64,000 nucleotides of DNA from sequence record MT586120.1; one strand, written 5' to 3'. Shown here piece after piece: positions 49,765 to 57,706 of this stretch. Positions within the stretch are counted from its first letter, which is position 1, and every line of letters begins with the position of its first letter. Made by a program: the position numbers and the translations under genes. The notes under the pieces are model-generated. The model was given only the letters and a program-made list of their open reading frames with translations, had not been told where the DNA came from and searched no databases.

Positions 49765-49955
49765 GTTTTTCACCAGCACTAGGTATATTAGTTGAGTATA
49801 AGGGAAGCGTAGGTGAGATTAAGTTCATTGATGACGTATATCTCACCATATGCACAAAGAGTAAGACTGATGGGATGATAGGTGACCTATGTTTGGTTGT
49901 CTACAAGCCAGAATGGGACCTAATCAAGATGATTGGTGATCGTAATAGACAGTAA
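49761..49955 (+). CDS. hypothetical protein
   Basis: VEYKG.VGEIKFID..YLTIC. Confidence 0.65.
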   Translation: MSFSPALGILVEYKGSVGEIKFIDDVYLTICTKSKTDGMIGDLCLVVYKPEWDLIKMIGDRNRQ

Positions 49956-49996
49956 GTAAAGTGTCCACATGCCCGACCCATCCACAACTACTATAG
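49948..49996 (+). promoter_or_regulatory. degenerate promoter cassette
   Basis: GACAGTA..AAGTGTCCAC; hairpin eroded. Confidence 0.55.
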
Positions 49997-49998
49997 AT

Positions 49999-50922
49999 AT
50001 GAAATTTGATGTTATTATTGCCAACTTCCCATTTGATGACGCCAATAGTTCTGCCAAGAATGGTAAGCTATGGAAGAAGTTTACAGACAAGTGTATTGAT
50101 GATCTACTAAAGACTGGAGGCACAATGAATATTGTATCTCCAACTACTATCTTATCTAAGATCGACTATGGCATGAAGAAGGTCAAGCAGTTCTCAACAA
50201 CTCAGAGTTTAGTTGCTATTGATTATTCAGTTGGTGAGAAGTTCTTCGCAACTATTGGTTGTCCAATCTGTAAGTGGACTATGGTAGATAAGCCATATGA
50301 TGGTAAGACTGTTGTGACTGATATTAAAGGTGACTATGAGTTTGATATCCGAGTTGGTGATGGACTTCCTATGCGCCATGAGCGTATGGTACTTCAGAGT
50401 ATTCTTGATAAAATCCAGAACTCAACCCACCCACGCATTCCAACAAAAACGGGACAGCAAATAACAGGTGAAGAATATAAAAAAAATGGTAAAAATCTAA
50501 AAGCCACTGACTGTGGTACATATCCAATATTCCACAGCGGAAAAAAAATACAATATACTTATACACAACCAACTACTGGAACTGGGCTTAAGTTTGTTAT
50601 TCCATTCTCCGCATCCCATAGATCAAGATTTATCACTACTGGGTATATTGGAATGTTTAATGCTTGGTGTCCGATCAAAAATGAAGACGAGGGTGAGTAT
50701 CTAATGAAGATTATGGATCATCCACTTATTGATCTCTATATCACCAAGCAGAACCGATATATTAATTATGAGTCTAATAAGTTCACTACAACGACAGGCT
50801 TCGCTCAAGTTGTCAGGACTAACCGCCTACCATATCTTGAGAGCTTCGAGAATCTAGCAGAACAGTTCAATCTAACTTCAGAAGAAGTTGAGTATCTAGA
50901 AGGAGTTGGTATCAATGTCTAA
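49999..50922 (+). CDS. catalytic/TRD half of an Eco57I-like adenine methyltransferase
   Basis: Starts MKFDVIIANFPF (motif IV variant), LKTGGTMNIVSP; no SAM-binding motif I. Confidence 0.75.
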   Translation: MKFDVIIANFPFDDANSSAKNGKLWKKFTDKCIDDLLKTGGTMNIVSPTTILSKIDYGMKKVKQFSTTQSLVAIDYSVGEKFFATIGCPICKWTMVDKPYDGKTVVTDIKGDYEFDIRVGDGLPMRHERMVLQSILDKIQNSTHPRIPTKTGQQITGEEYKKNGKNLKATDCGTYPIFHSGKKIQYTYTQPTTGTGLKFVIPFSASHRSRFITTGYIGMFNAWCPIKNEDEGEYLMKIMDHPLIDLYITKQNRYINYESNKFTTTTGFAQVVRTNRLPYLESFENLAEQFNLTSEEVEYLEGVGINV

Positions 50923-51325
50923 AAACAATCACAATTTAGAGTCTGGATCATCACTGAACAGAAGTGATGATAGAATAATAGAGACCCAAGAGGTATTCAC
51001 TCCAATGGAGTTGTGCCATCTAATGGTACAAGACATACCATTAGATATTAGGAAGAATCCAAAAAGCACATTCTTAGACAATTCATCGGGTAGTGGTAAT
51101 TTTATAGTTGCCCTACTGGAAGACCTACAAAATTATCATTCTAGAGAACATATCATATCAAATATGCTCTATGCAGTTGAGCTTATGGAAGACAATCATA
51201 TAGAAATGTGTGAGCGTCTAGGTATATCAACAACCCACCCACACTTTGTGTGTCACGACGCATTAACATATGATTATAGTTTTAGCGAACCCCTCAATAC
51301 ATTAGATGCAATGCTATTCCACTAA
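50915..51325 (+). CDS. stand-alone SAM-binding half of a methyltransferase (paralogue of 43743)
   Basis: TQEVFTP, FLDNSSGSGNF, LYAVELMEDN. Confidence 0.8.
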   Translation: MSKNNHNLESGSSLNRSDDRIIETQEVFTPMELCHLMVQDIPLDIRKNPKSTFLDNSSGSGNFIVALLEDLQNYHSREHIISNMLYAVELMEDNHIEMCERLGISTTHPHFVCHDALTYDYSFSEPLNTLDAMLFH

Positions 51326-51371
51326 GCAAAGTGTCCACTGCCCCTTGATAGGGGCTTTTTTATGCTATAAT
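51319..51371 (+). promoter_or_regulatory. repeated promoter cassette
   Basis: AAGTGTCCAC, GCCCC/GGGGC plus T-run, TATAAT, TTCATACCAAAC. Confidence 0.8.
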
Positions 51372-51395
51372 TTATTCATACCAAACAACAGGGCA

Positions 51396-51599
51396 ATGGC
51401 TTCTCACTACAATGGCTTCATGGATGACGCGACAGCAGCTCTACCTAATAGGTCCGAGGATGAGTTGACCGAGGTATTTTATTTACTTGAGTTGTTTAGT
51501 TCTCAATACACCCCCGAGGACGGGGACTATACAGAGTACCTAAAGACGAGATTAATCTCATATCATACATCATTAGGTATGATGGATCCAGATCAATAA
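51396..51599 (+). CDS. hypothetical acidic protein
   Basis: ORF between cassettes. Confidence 0.65.
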   Translation: MASHYNGFMDDATAALPNRSEDELTEVFYLLELFSSQYTPEDGDYTEYLKTRLISYHTSLGMMDPDQ

Positions 51600-51641
51600 G
51601 TGTCCACTAATACACCATAGCCCACCTAGGTGGGCTATACT
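51598..51641 (+). promoter_or_regulatory. repeated promoter cassette
   Basis: AAGTGTCCAC, perfect palindrome AGCCCACCTAGGTGGGCT, TATACT. Confidence 0.8.
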
Positions 51642-51669
51642 ATATTCAACAAGCAAAGCAAACTAGTCA

Positions 51670-51927
51670 ATGCGATCACTACTACTAGCGGGGGTCTTGA
51701 TGCTCTCCACACTACCAGCACAAGCCCAGACCCGTGTGGTGTGTGGTTTTATGCTAGAATACAATGCCTGCCTAACGGACAACACCAACACCACTGATAT
51801 TGTGCTGGTACTAGGACCAGATGGTGGAGAGAGAATCACTATTGATTGTAGTAACAGTCAATGGAACTCACACGGTCCTAACACACAAGAGTTCGTTCAG
51901 TCCATCGTAGATTCTTACTGTAACTGA
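51670..51927 (+). CDS. small secreted protein
   Basis: Signal peptide ..LPAQA; four Cys. Confidence 0.7.
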   Translation: MRSLLLAGVLMLSTLPAQAQTRVVCGFMLEYNACLTDNTNTTDIVLVLGPDGGERITIDCSNSQWNSHGPNTQEFVQSIVDSYCN

Positions 51928-51929
51928 TT

Positions 51930-52466
51930 ATGAAAGCATTTATCTCCGCATTCCTTGCATCACTCGCTATTGCTGCTCCTGCTATGGCAGCACCACTCCC
52001 AGCAGATCATCAACGATTTGTAGACACAATGGTCAACGATGGTGTGATCTTCAAGGTTAATGAACCAGCAGAGCTATGTTATGGTGATAAAGACGTTGAC
52101 GGTGGCTATGTTGTATATAAAGGTGATCGCTATCTAGTAGTATGTCAAGACAATCGCACAACCAGTGATGTAACAAACTGGACTGCTAATGACCTTGATA
52201 CTATCAGACACGAAGGTTTCCACGTCATCCAAGACTGTATGTCAGGAGCCAAGAATGATAATGTATTTGATACAGTATTCACTAGTCAAGAGGAGGTCAT
52301 TGATGCTCTTGGTGTAGAAGAAGCAATGCGCATTACGAGTATCTATTCTAATAACTATAATAAAGATAGGCACGGTGATATTAAGATGGAGATTGAAGCA
52401 TTCTATGCTGCTAGGGACTACTCTGCTACAGAACTAAATTCTTTGTACACACAATACTGTAAGTAA
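51930..52466 (+). CDS. secreted zinc-metallopeptidase-like protein
   Basis: Signal peptide; IRHEGFHVIQDC (HExxH) with downstream EIEA. Confidence 0.75.
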   Translation: MKAFISAFLASLAIAAPAMAAPLPADHQRFVDTMVNDGVIFKVNEPAELCYGDKDVDGGYVVYKGDRYLVVCQDNRTTSDVTNWTANDLDTIRHEGFHVIQDCMSGAKNDNVFDTVFTSQEEVIDALGVEEAMRITSIYSNNYNKDRHGDIKMEIEAFYAARDYSATELNSLYTQYCK

Positions 52467-52467
52467 A

Positions 52468-52755
52468 ATGAAACGCTACGGTCTTTATTGGTTACGAGCA
52501 CTCACACTAGGTGCTGGTCTTAATGCTCTTATTGTAAGCTCATTGATGAATAATAGGGATTGGAAGTTTCATCAAGCAGCACCTATTGGAGCTCTTGTGT
52601 GTGTTAATTGTTCCTTTGCTGCTGACCGTCTTATCTTTGGTAGAACAAAAAAGAAGGCAGTTGTACCCACCATAACACCCACTGAGACACCCCACAGTTG
52701 CCCTGTATGCTCTGACTACCCTTGTGTATGTGACGCTTGGAAAAGTGGCTCATAA
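52468..52755 (+). CDS. membrane protein with C-terminal Cys cluster
   Basis: Hydrophobic segments; CPVCSDYPCVC. Confidence 0.6.
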   Translation: MKRYGLYWLRALTLGAGLNALIVSSLMNNRDWKFHQAAPIGALVCVNCSFAADRLIFGRTKKKAVVPTITPTETPHSCPVCSDYPCVCDAWKSGS

Positions 52756-52840
52756 GAGCATACATTGCCCACTCATAGACTATAATTACAAGAGTAGACA
52801 CACCCCCACCTCAATCAAACAAACTACACACAAATAACAA

Positions 52841-52999
52841 ATGAAAACATCACACACTGTATTAATTTCAGCTACAACAGCATCTGCATTCGTCATTGGT
52901 AAGAACTATGCACCTCGAACAACTTGGGACATTTTTATTGTTTTGTTGCTAACTGCTATTATGAGTCTTATGATTCAATTTGTGAGGGAAAATAGTTGA
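52841..52999 (+). CDS. 52-aa two-TM protein, paralogue 1 (not in track)
   Basis: MKTSHTVLISATTASAFVIG...VRENS. Confidence 0.65.
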   Translation: MKTSHTVLISATTASAFVIGKNYAPRTTWDIFIVLLLTAIMSLMIQFVRENS

Positions 53000-53054
53000 G
53001 GTATATTCTAATTCCACCCCCACCTCAATCAAACAAACTACACACAAATAACAA

Positions 53055-53213
53055 ATGAAAAACTTACACATTGCAGCAATTTCAGCGGTATTATCATTTA
53101 CATTTATTATTGGATTAACATATGTACCTGAAACAACTGGTTATTTTATTGCTGGTTCTGTATTAACTGCTGTTATTAGTCTTGTTATTGGTTCTATGAG
53201 GGAAATTAGTTGA
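53055..53213 (+). CDS. 52-aa two-TM protein, paralogue 2 (not in track)
   Basis: MKNLHIAAISAVLSFTFIIG...MREIS; same leader and trailer as paralogue 1. Confidence 0.65.
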   Translation: MKNLHIAAISAVLSFTFIIGLTYVPETTGYFIAGSVLTAVISLVIGSMREIS

Positions 53214-53303
53214 GGTATATTCTAATTCCACCCATTGCAGCGCCTATTCACCTGTCGCGCCACTAATTGTACTTGCAGTAATCTTTACTTTGGATAATAA
53301 ACT

Positions 53304-53480
53304 ATGAAAACATCACACACTGTATTAATTTCAGCTACAGCAGCATCTTCATTCGTCATTGGTATGAACTACGCACCTATAATATCTTATAATATTTTTG
53401 CTGTTTTAGCACTAACTGCTGTATTTACTCTTATTGTTAAAGGAATCCAATTCATTATTAAAAACCCAAATGAAATCTAA
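53304..53480 (+). CDS. 58-aa two-TM protein, paralogue 3 (not in track)
   Basis: MKTSHTVLISATAASSFVIG... Confidence 0.65.
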   Translation: MKTSHTVLISATAASSFVIGMNYAPIISYNIFAVLALTAVFTLIVKGIQFIIKNPNEI

Positions 53481-53637
53481 CTATCTACCATATATTGTTG
53501 TAGGGCTCACTATTGTTGTTGGTGTTAATCTATGGGTAATTGAGAGAGATGCCGAATCATTTGAACGTTGGTGTTCTAGTGAATCAGCACAGACACAAAG
53601 TCTAGCTTGTTACCCACAGTTAAACCCAATGCCCTAA
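53470..53637 (+). CDS. small single-TM protein
   Basis: LPYIVVGLTIVVGVNLW..ERD. Confidence 0.6.
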   Translation: MKSNYLPYIVVGLTIVVGVNLWVIERDAESFERWCSSESAQTQSLACYPQLNPMP

Positions 53638-54332
53638 TCAACATCAGCATAGAACCACATATAACCTTTCCATCGTTGATTCCATTTGATAGAAGTACAA
53701 ATACCTTTACCTCTATCATCTTCACCCATAGCTCTCATAGCATCACTGATAGAGTCGAAGATAGGAGTAACGTGACCTTCTTTGTGTATGCCGTATACCT
53801 TACGTTTGTTACTACCAATTTGTTTATATACCCACCATTTGTATCCATAGGCAGTACCATCTCTAGCAATAGCATCTTTAATTTTAGTTATCTTACCATT
53901 AGCAAACTCAGCAGCAGCTTTCCATCCGTGATGAGTCTTAAGCTTGCCCGTTTTAGTACAACGTGATTTAATGGTATTACAAGGGTGTTTAGGTGATGGT
54001 TTCTTCTTCCTCTGTATGCCCCATTTACGCTTACTAGTAGTATGCCGTTCCCTTGTAATGTTATGCTCTAATACGTCTTGATTATACTCTGGTTTATATC
54101 TATCGAACCAGTATTCCATACGGTTAGCAATGTCACACTTATAATACTCTTCAAGTATAGATATCTTAAAATTAGAGGGATTGTAACGTCTCATAGACAT
54201 AAATAGCGAGCTATTCTCAGACTCATATTTTTGTAACATTTCACGCCACTCTCGATTGAGTGGTTTTTCCGTGTAATCTATGTAAGAATGCCCTGTTTCA
54301 AGGTTTTTGATGACGTAGATGTTATAGAGCAT
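53634..54332 (-). CDS. GIY-YIG-like homing endonuclease with NUMOD1-like repeats, possibly degenerate
   Basis: IYVIKN..GHSYID, KYKPEYN-like end; two C-terminal repeats ending GYKWW and GYMWFY. Confidence 0.7.
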   Translation of the reverse strand: MLYNIYVIKNLETGHSYIDYTEKPLNREWREMLQKYESENSSLFMSMRRYNPSNFKISILEEYYKCDIANRMEYWFDRYKPEYNQDVLEHNITRERHTTSKRKWGIQRKKKPSPKHPCNTIKSRCTKTGKLKTHHGWKAAAEFANGKITKIKDAIARDGTAYGYKWWVYKQIGSNKRKVYGIHKEGHVTPIFDSISDAMRAMGEDDRGKGICTSIKWNQRWKGYMWFYADVD

Positions 54333-54397
54333 TTGAGGTGCTTCTCTCTTTTATTATAGTATGTATATTAAATATGTAAATAAACTAGGTTAGCTAC

Positions 54398-54427
54398 TTG
54401 ACACCGATGAGTAGTATGCTATATAAT
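54398..54427 (+). promoter_or_regulatory. sigma70 promoter pointing into the tandem repeat
   Basis: TTGACA-18-TATAAT. Confidence 0.55.
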
Positions 54428-54529
54428 AGTAACGTTCACGATGAATGTAGAAGATAAACCCAACCAACCTAAACGATTGATTGAGTTGTTAATATAATCA
54501 CTTGTAAGCACATAGGAACCATCTATACC

Positions 54530-54754
54530 CATAGAGTACATAGAGCCTATTAGCTCCATAGAGTCCATAGAGCCTATTAGCTCCATAGAGCCTATTAGCT
54601 CCATAGAGTCCATAGAGCCTATTAGCTCCATAGAGTCCATAGAGCCTATTAGCTCCATAGAGTCCATAGAGTCCATAGAGTCCATAGAGCCTATTAGCTC
54701 CATAGAGTCCATAGAGCCTATTAGCTCCATAGAGTCCATAGAGTCCATAGAGTC
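54530..54754. repeat. two-unit tandem repeat: 11x CATAGAGTC (one variant) and 7x CATAGAGCCTATTAGCTC
   Basis: Parsed by hand; 225 bp. Confidence 0.92.
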
Positions 54755-55098
54755 CATAAGGGGTACCCACTCATAACCGATGGGTCACCCGAGTCTTAGC
54801 CTATTTTCTATCGAAAGTCAAGCGGAACCCCACGGGACACAAAATTTTCTGGGAAATACCTCGGAAAAGTCCTCTCAGGTTCTCTCATAGAACTCTCATA
54901 AAGGTATCCTAAATAGATGTGCTTATCGACACAGCAATACGCTATAAACCTTAAGGATACTAGCAATTGCTTGAAAGACTGCTATAATATATCCATAGGG
55001 GGAAAGCAATGCCCCCACGTCAATCCCCTAAATGGGGGAAAGACACTATGGTCATCTTCACAAACTGATGAACCTCTGATCCATTACTTCCTACTACT

Positions 55099-55350
55099 AT
55101 GGCAATGATCTACTTATTTGAATCCAACCAAGACCTAGCTCAACGGGGCGGCGGTGTAATGTCATGGGATGGCGAACCCGAAGAGATGTGGGGTGAAGTC
55201 AATCCTAACAATATCTCTAATGGTGATATCGCTGATATCATTGAGATGATTGGTCGTCCCGCATCTGCCGAGGTTGCTGCTGCTGAATATGATGAGTATC
55301 GTGATGAGCGTGATAGCTCTGAGCGTATGGCTGATCGTTATGGTTGCTGA
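55099..55350 (+). CDS. acidic hypothetical protein
   Basis: ORF. Confidence 0.6.
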   Translation: MAMIYLFESNQDLAQRGGGVMSWDGEPEEMWGEVNPNNISNGDIADIIEMIGRPASAEVAAAEYDEYRDERDSSERMADRYGC

Positions 55351-55351
55351 T

Positions 55352-55590
55352 GTAATACTGCGCTGTGTATAACCTTCGCGTGTGATATACTGCGGTGCAT
55401 ATACTCTGTGTGCCTGCATATACTGCGCTGTGTATAACCTTCGCGCTAGTATATACTGCGCTGTGTATGCCTGCGGCGCACATATTCACAGCGTAACACA
55501 GCATATAATATACAGCATACACGCAGTATATAATACGCAGCGCACGCAGTATATACTCACACACATACAACAATATACTGCGGGAGCTGT
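55352..55590. repeat. cluster of ATATACTGCG motifs in both orientations
   Basis: About five forward and two reverse copies; TACTGCGCTGTGTATAACCTTCGCG twice. Confidence 0.8.
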
Positions 55591-55791
55591 CACTCTCGCA
55601 GTATTTTTGTGTGTCTCGCTGCGCCCCCTCTGATAAAGGCACAACGGACTGCGGAATCTCTTAAGGATCCTGGAGATATTATAACATATGCGTATCATGC
55701 AGCGCAAGCGAGTCTCATAGTACTCTCATATATACTATTCTAGGTTTTTCCTAGATTATGTGCTATAATATATCTTCACCACCTTGGGCTA

Positions 55792-55959
55792 ATGAATACC
55801 TCGTACTCTCATAGAAAGTCTATTAGTATTACTTTAGACTTGGAAGTTTATGATGATTTTAATTACAATGAAATTGATTTTAATTCTTTATTAGAATTAG
55901 AAGGTAATGAGACTGTAGAGGTTAGTATTACCGACCATTCTGATGTAGAAGTATATTAA
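55792..55959 (+). CDS. small acidic protein (not in track)
   Basis: ITLDLEVYDDF...LELEGNE; TATAAT upstream. Confidence 0.55.
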   Translation: MNTSYSHRKSISITLDLEVYDDFNYNEIDFNSLLELEGNETVEVSITDHSDVEVY

Positions 55960-56012
55960 TATACTTTGTAATTATACTTTGAGTTAATTGTTATTACTTA
56001 ATGAGGCATTAT

Positions 56013-56069
56013 GTGCCAATAGGTGAAGTGTCCACAAAACCGAATATTTACCCCAGGATGCCTTATAGT
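56013..56069 (+). promoter_or_regulatory. repeated promoter cassette
   Basis: GTGCCAAT..AAGTGTCCAC, TATAGT. Confidence 0.7.
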
Positions 56070-56101
56070 TGATTCATCAACACAAAGGGGCATCCTTTTT
56101 A

Positions 56102-56383
56102 ATGAATACCGAGTATCAACTGGCAGACACAATTACTGAAACTTTAACAACAATTTCATCTCGTTGTAGTCAGTTAATCAATGAAGATCGCCTAGAAGAT
56201 GTTACATCAATGCTCAATGAGTGGACACTTAATGATGACACAGTAGTGCTGACTCACTTCCTCAATGAGACTACTGACAGTATTGAAGATCAGCTGATGT
56301 ATGTTACTATCAGTGAAACTCACATCACAGAGGGGTCATTCTGGTTTGATCCCGAGGTTGAACTCCCCACCGACAACATTTAA
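56102..56383 (+). CDS. acidic hypothetical protein
   Basis: ORF behind cassette. Confidence 0.65.
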   Translation: MNTEYQLADTITETLTTISSRCSQLINEDRLEDVTSMLNEWTLNDDTVVLTHFLNETTDSIEDQLMYVTISETHITEGSFWFDPEVELPTDNI

Positions 56384-56396
56384 TTTTATTAAAAAA

Positions 56397-56600
56397 ATGA
56401 ATCTTACAAACGACCAGCGCCTAGCTCTTGCTCAACGTATCACTGACGAGTTTAAATTGTTCGTTAAAGAAGAACTAGTATATCAAGTTGATGATATGAA
56501 AGATAACGACCAGCTGAATCACGATTACTATATTACATCTAGCGATCAAGAGGATATCACAAAACTAGTAATTGACCTCATTGCTGTGCCAGTTAGCTAA
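56397..56600 (+). CDS. hypothetical protein
   Basis: ORF ending inside next cassette. Confidence 0.65.
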   Translation: MNLTNDQRLALAQRITDEFKLFVKEELVYQVDDMKDNDQLNHDYYITSSDQEDITKLVIDLIAVPVS

Positions 56601-56642
56601 GTGTCCACTAAATCCCCCACTGGTTCGCTAGTGGGTTATATT
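56586..56642 (+). promoter_or_regulatory. repeated promoter cassette
   Basis: GTGCCAGTT-agct-AAGTGTCCAC, CCCAC/GTGGG, TATATT. Confidence 0.8.
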
Positions 56643-56666
56643 AATCACATCAACACAAGAACCCCA

Positions 56667-56855
56667 ATGACCTCCGATCTCATCGAACTAATGGAAGCAC
56701 AGGGATCCGATGGAATCCTAGAAATGATGGCTGATAGAGATGGTTCAGCTTTCTTGCTTGATAGGCTCTTTGCTTCAATGGATGAGACGGAAGTTGCCGA
56801 GTGGACCACCTGGTTAAAGACCAGTTTGAAAACCTACACATCAAACCACCCATAG
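56667..56855 (+). CDS. hypothetical protein
   Basis: ORF between cassettes. Confidence 0.6.
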   Translation: MTSDLIELMEAQGSDGILEMMADRDGSAFLLDRLFASMDETEVAEWTTWLKTSLKTYTSNHP

Positions 56856-56875
56856 GGTCCTCAATGCCCTATACT
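56819..56875 (+). promoter_or_regulatory. repeated promoter cassette (dyad eroded)
   Basis: GACCAGTT, AATGCCCTATACTAATCACATCAACACAGG. Confidence 0.7.
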
Positions 56876-56898
56876 AATCACATCAACACAGGACCCCA

Positions 56899-57096
56899 AT
56901 GGACATCAGAGTATACTGTACATCTGAGGAGAGTTTAAACCAAGCAGTGGAGCTTATCCAAATGCTAGACGATAATGCTAGCATCTCCACGTGGGAGCCT
57001 GATGGGGACGATGGGACCTATGGGGCATTCGTTGATGGTATTGACGATCAACTAGCCACCACCTTGGGACAGTTGTACGAAGTGTCCACTGACTGA
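56899..57096 (+). CDS. acidic hypothetical protein
   Basis: ORF reading through next dyad (QLYEVSTD). Confidence 0.65.
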   Translation: MDIRVYCTSEESLNQAVELIQMLDDNASISTWEPDGDDGTYGAFVDGIDDQLATTLGQLYEVSTD

Positions 57097-57123
57097 CCCA
57101 CTGGGTCCTCAATGCCCTATACT
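57066..57123 (+). promoter_or_regulatory. repeated promoter cassette
   Basis: GGGACAGTT..AAGTGTCCAC, TATACT. Confidence 0.8.
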
Positions 57124-57147
57124 AATCACATCAACACAGGAACCCCA

Positions 57148-57303
57148 ATGAAAAAGTCATTCAAGGTTTGTCTCTCAAAGATGGATAATCCAAATTTCCT
57201 TAATTTTATTATTGTTGAGGATTGTGTTGATATGGATGAATGTGTTGAACATATTCACTCCACCGAAAGAGGATGGGTGATTGATTCTATCAAGCAGCTT
57301 TGA
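57148..57303 (+). CDS. small hypothetical protein
   Basis: ORF between cassettes. Confidence 0.6.
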   Translation: MKKSFKVCLSKMDNPNFLNFIIVEDCVDMDECVEHIHSTERGWVIDSIKQL

Positions 57304-57304
57304 T

Positions 57305-57361
57305 GGGACACTTAGCTAAGTGACCACTGAACCACCCATAGGGCACTCAATGCCCTATACT
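57305..57361 (+). promoter_or_regulatory. repeated promoter cassette
   Basis: Near-perfect dyad GGACACTT-AGCT-AAGTGACC, GGGCA/TGCCC, TATACT. Confidence 0.85.
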
Positions 57362-57385
57362 AATCACATCAACACAAAACAACCA

Positions 57386-57706
57386 ATGACCACTGCCCCA
57401 CATTTCGTTCGTTCTACAATGAGCCTCGGACCTACTGAGAGCATCTGCTTCAAAGTGAGCTGTGACGCAAAAGCACAATGGGAGAATGGAATCTTCCACA
57501 ACTCACGATATGGAATCTTCTTTCTTTGTGAGGAGGGAGGGAAGCTGAAGCTTGAGCTCACATCAAAGGGACTCGACACCATTAAGTTCCGTAAGTGTAC
57601 AGTCAAGAGTGAAGCAGGGGCAGTGAACCGCATCCTAAAATGGATGGGTGATATTATGGGAGACAGTATCTTCCTTCCTATGCCTGAGTTTGAGGAAGCA
57701 AACTAA
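57386..57706 (+). CDS. conserved hypothetical protein
   Basis: WENGIFHNSRYGIF...KFRKCTVKS. Confidence 0.75.
   Translation: MTTAPHFVRSTMSLGPTESICFKVSCDAKAQWENGIFHNSRYGIFFLCEEGGKLKLELTSKGLDTIKFRKCTVKSEAGAVNRILKWMGDIMGDSIFLPMPEFEEAN

Noticed and set aside
54419-54770. MDSMDS.. and YGLYG.. ORFs as annotated proteins
   Set aside because: Openness follows from the 9/18-bp repeat units; no independent evidence of translation. Left as a possibility in the findings.
55162-55707. Overlapping Cys/Tyr/Ala-rich ORFs
   Set aside because: Products of the ATATACTGCG/TGTG repeats; mutually overlapping, with no RBS.
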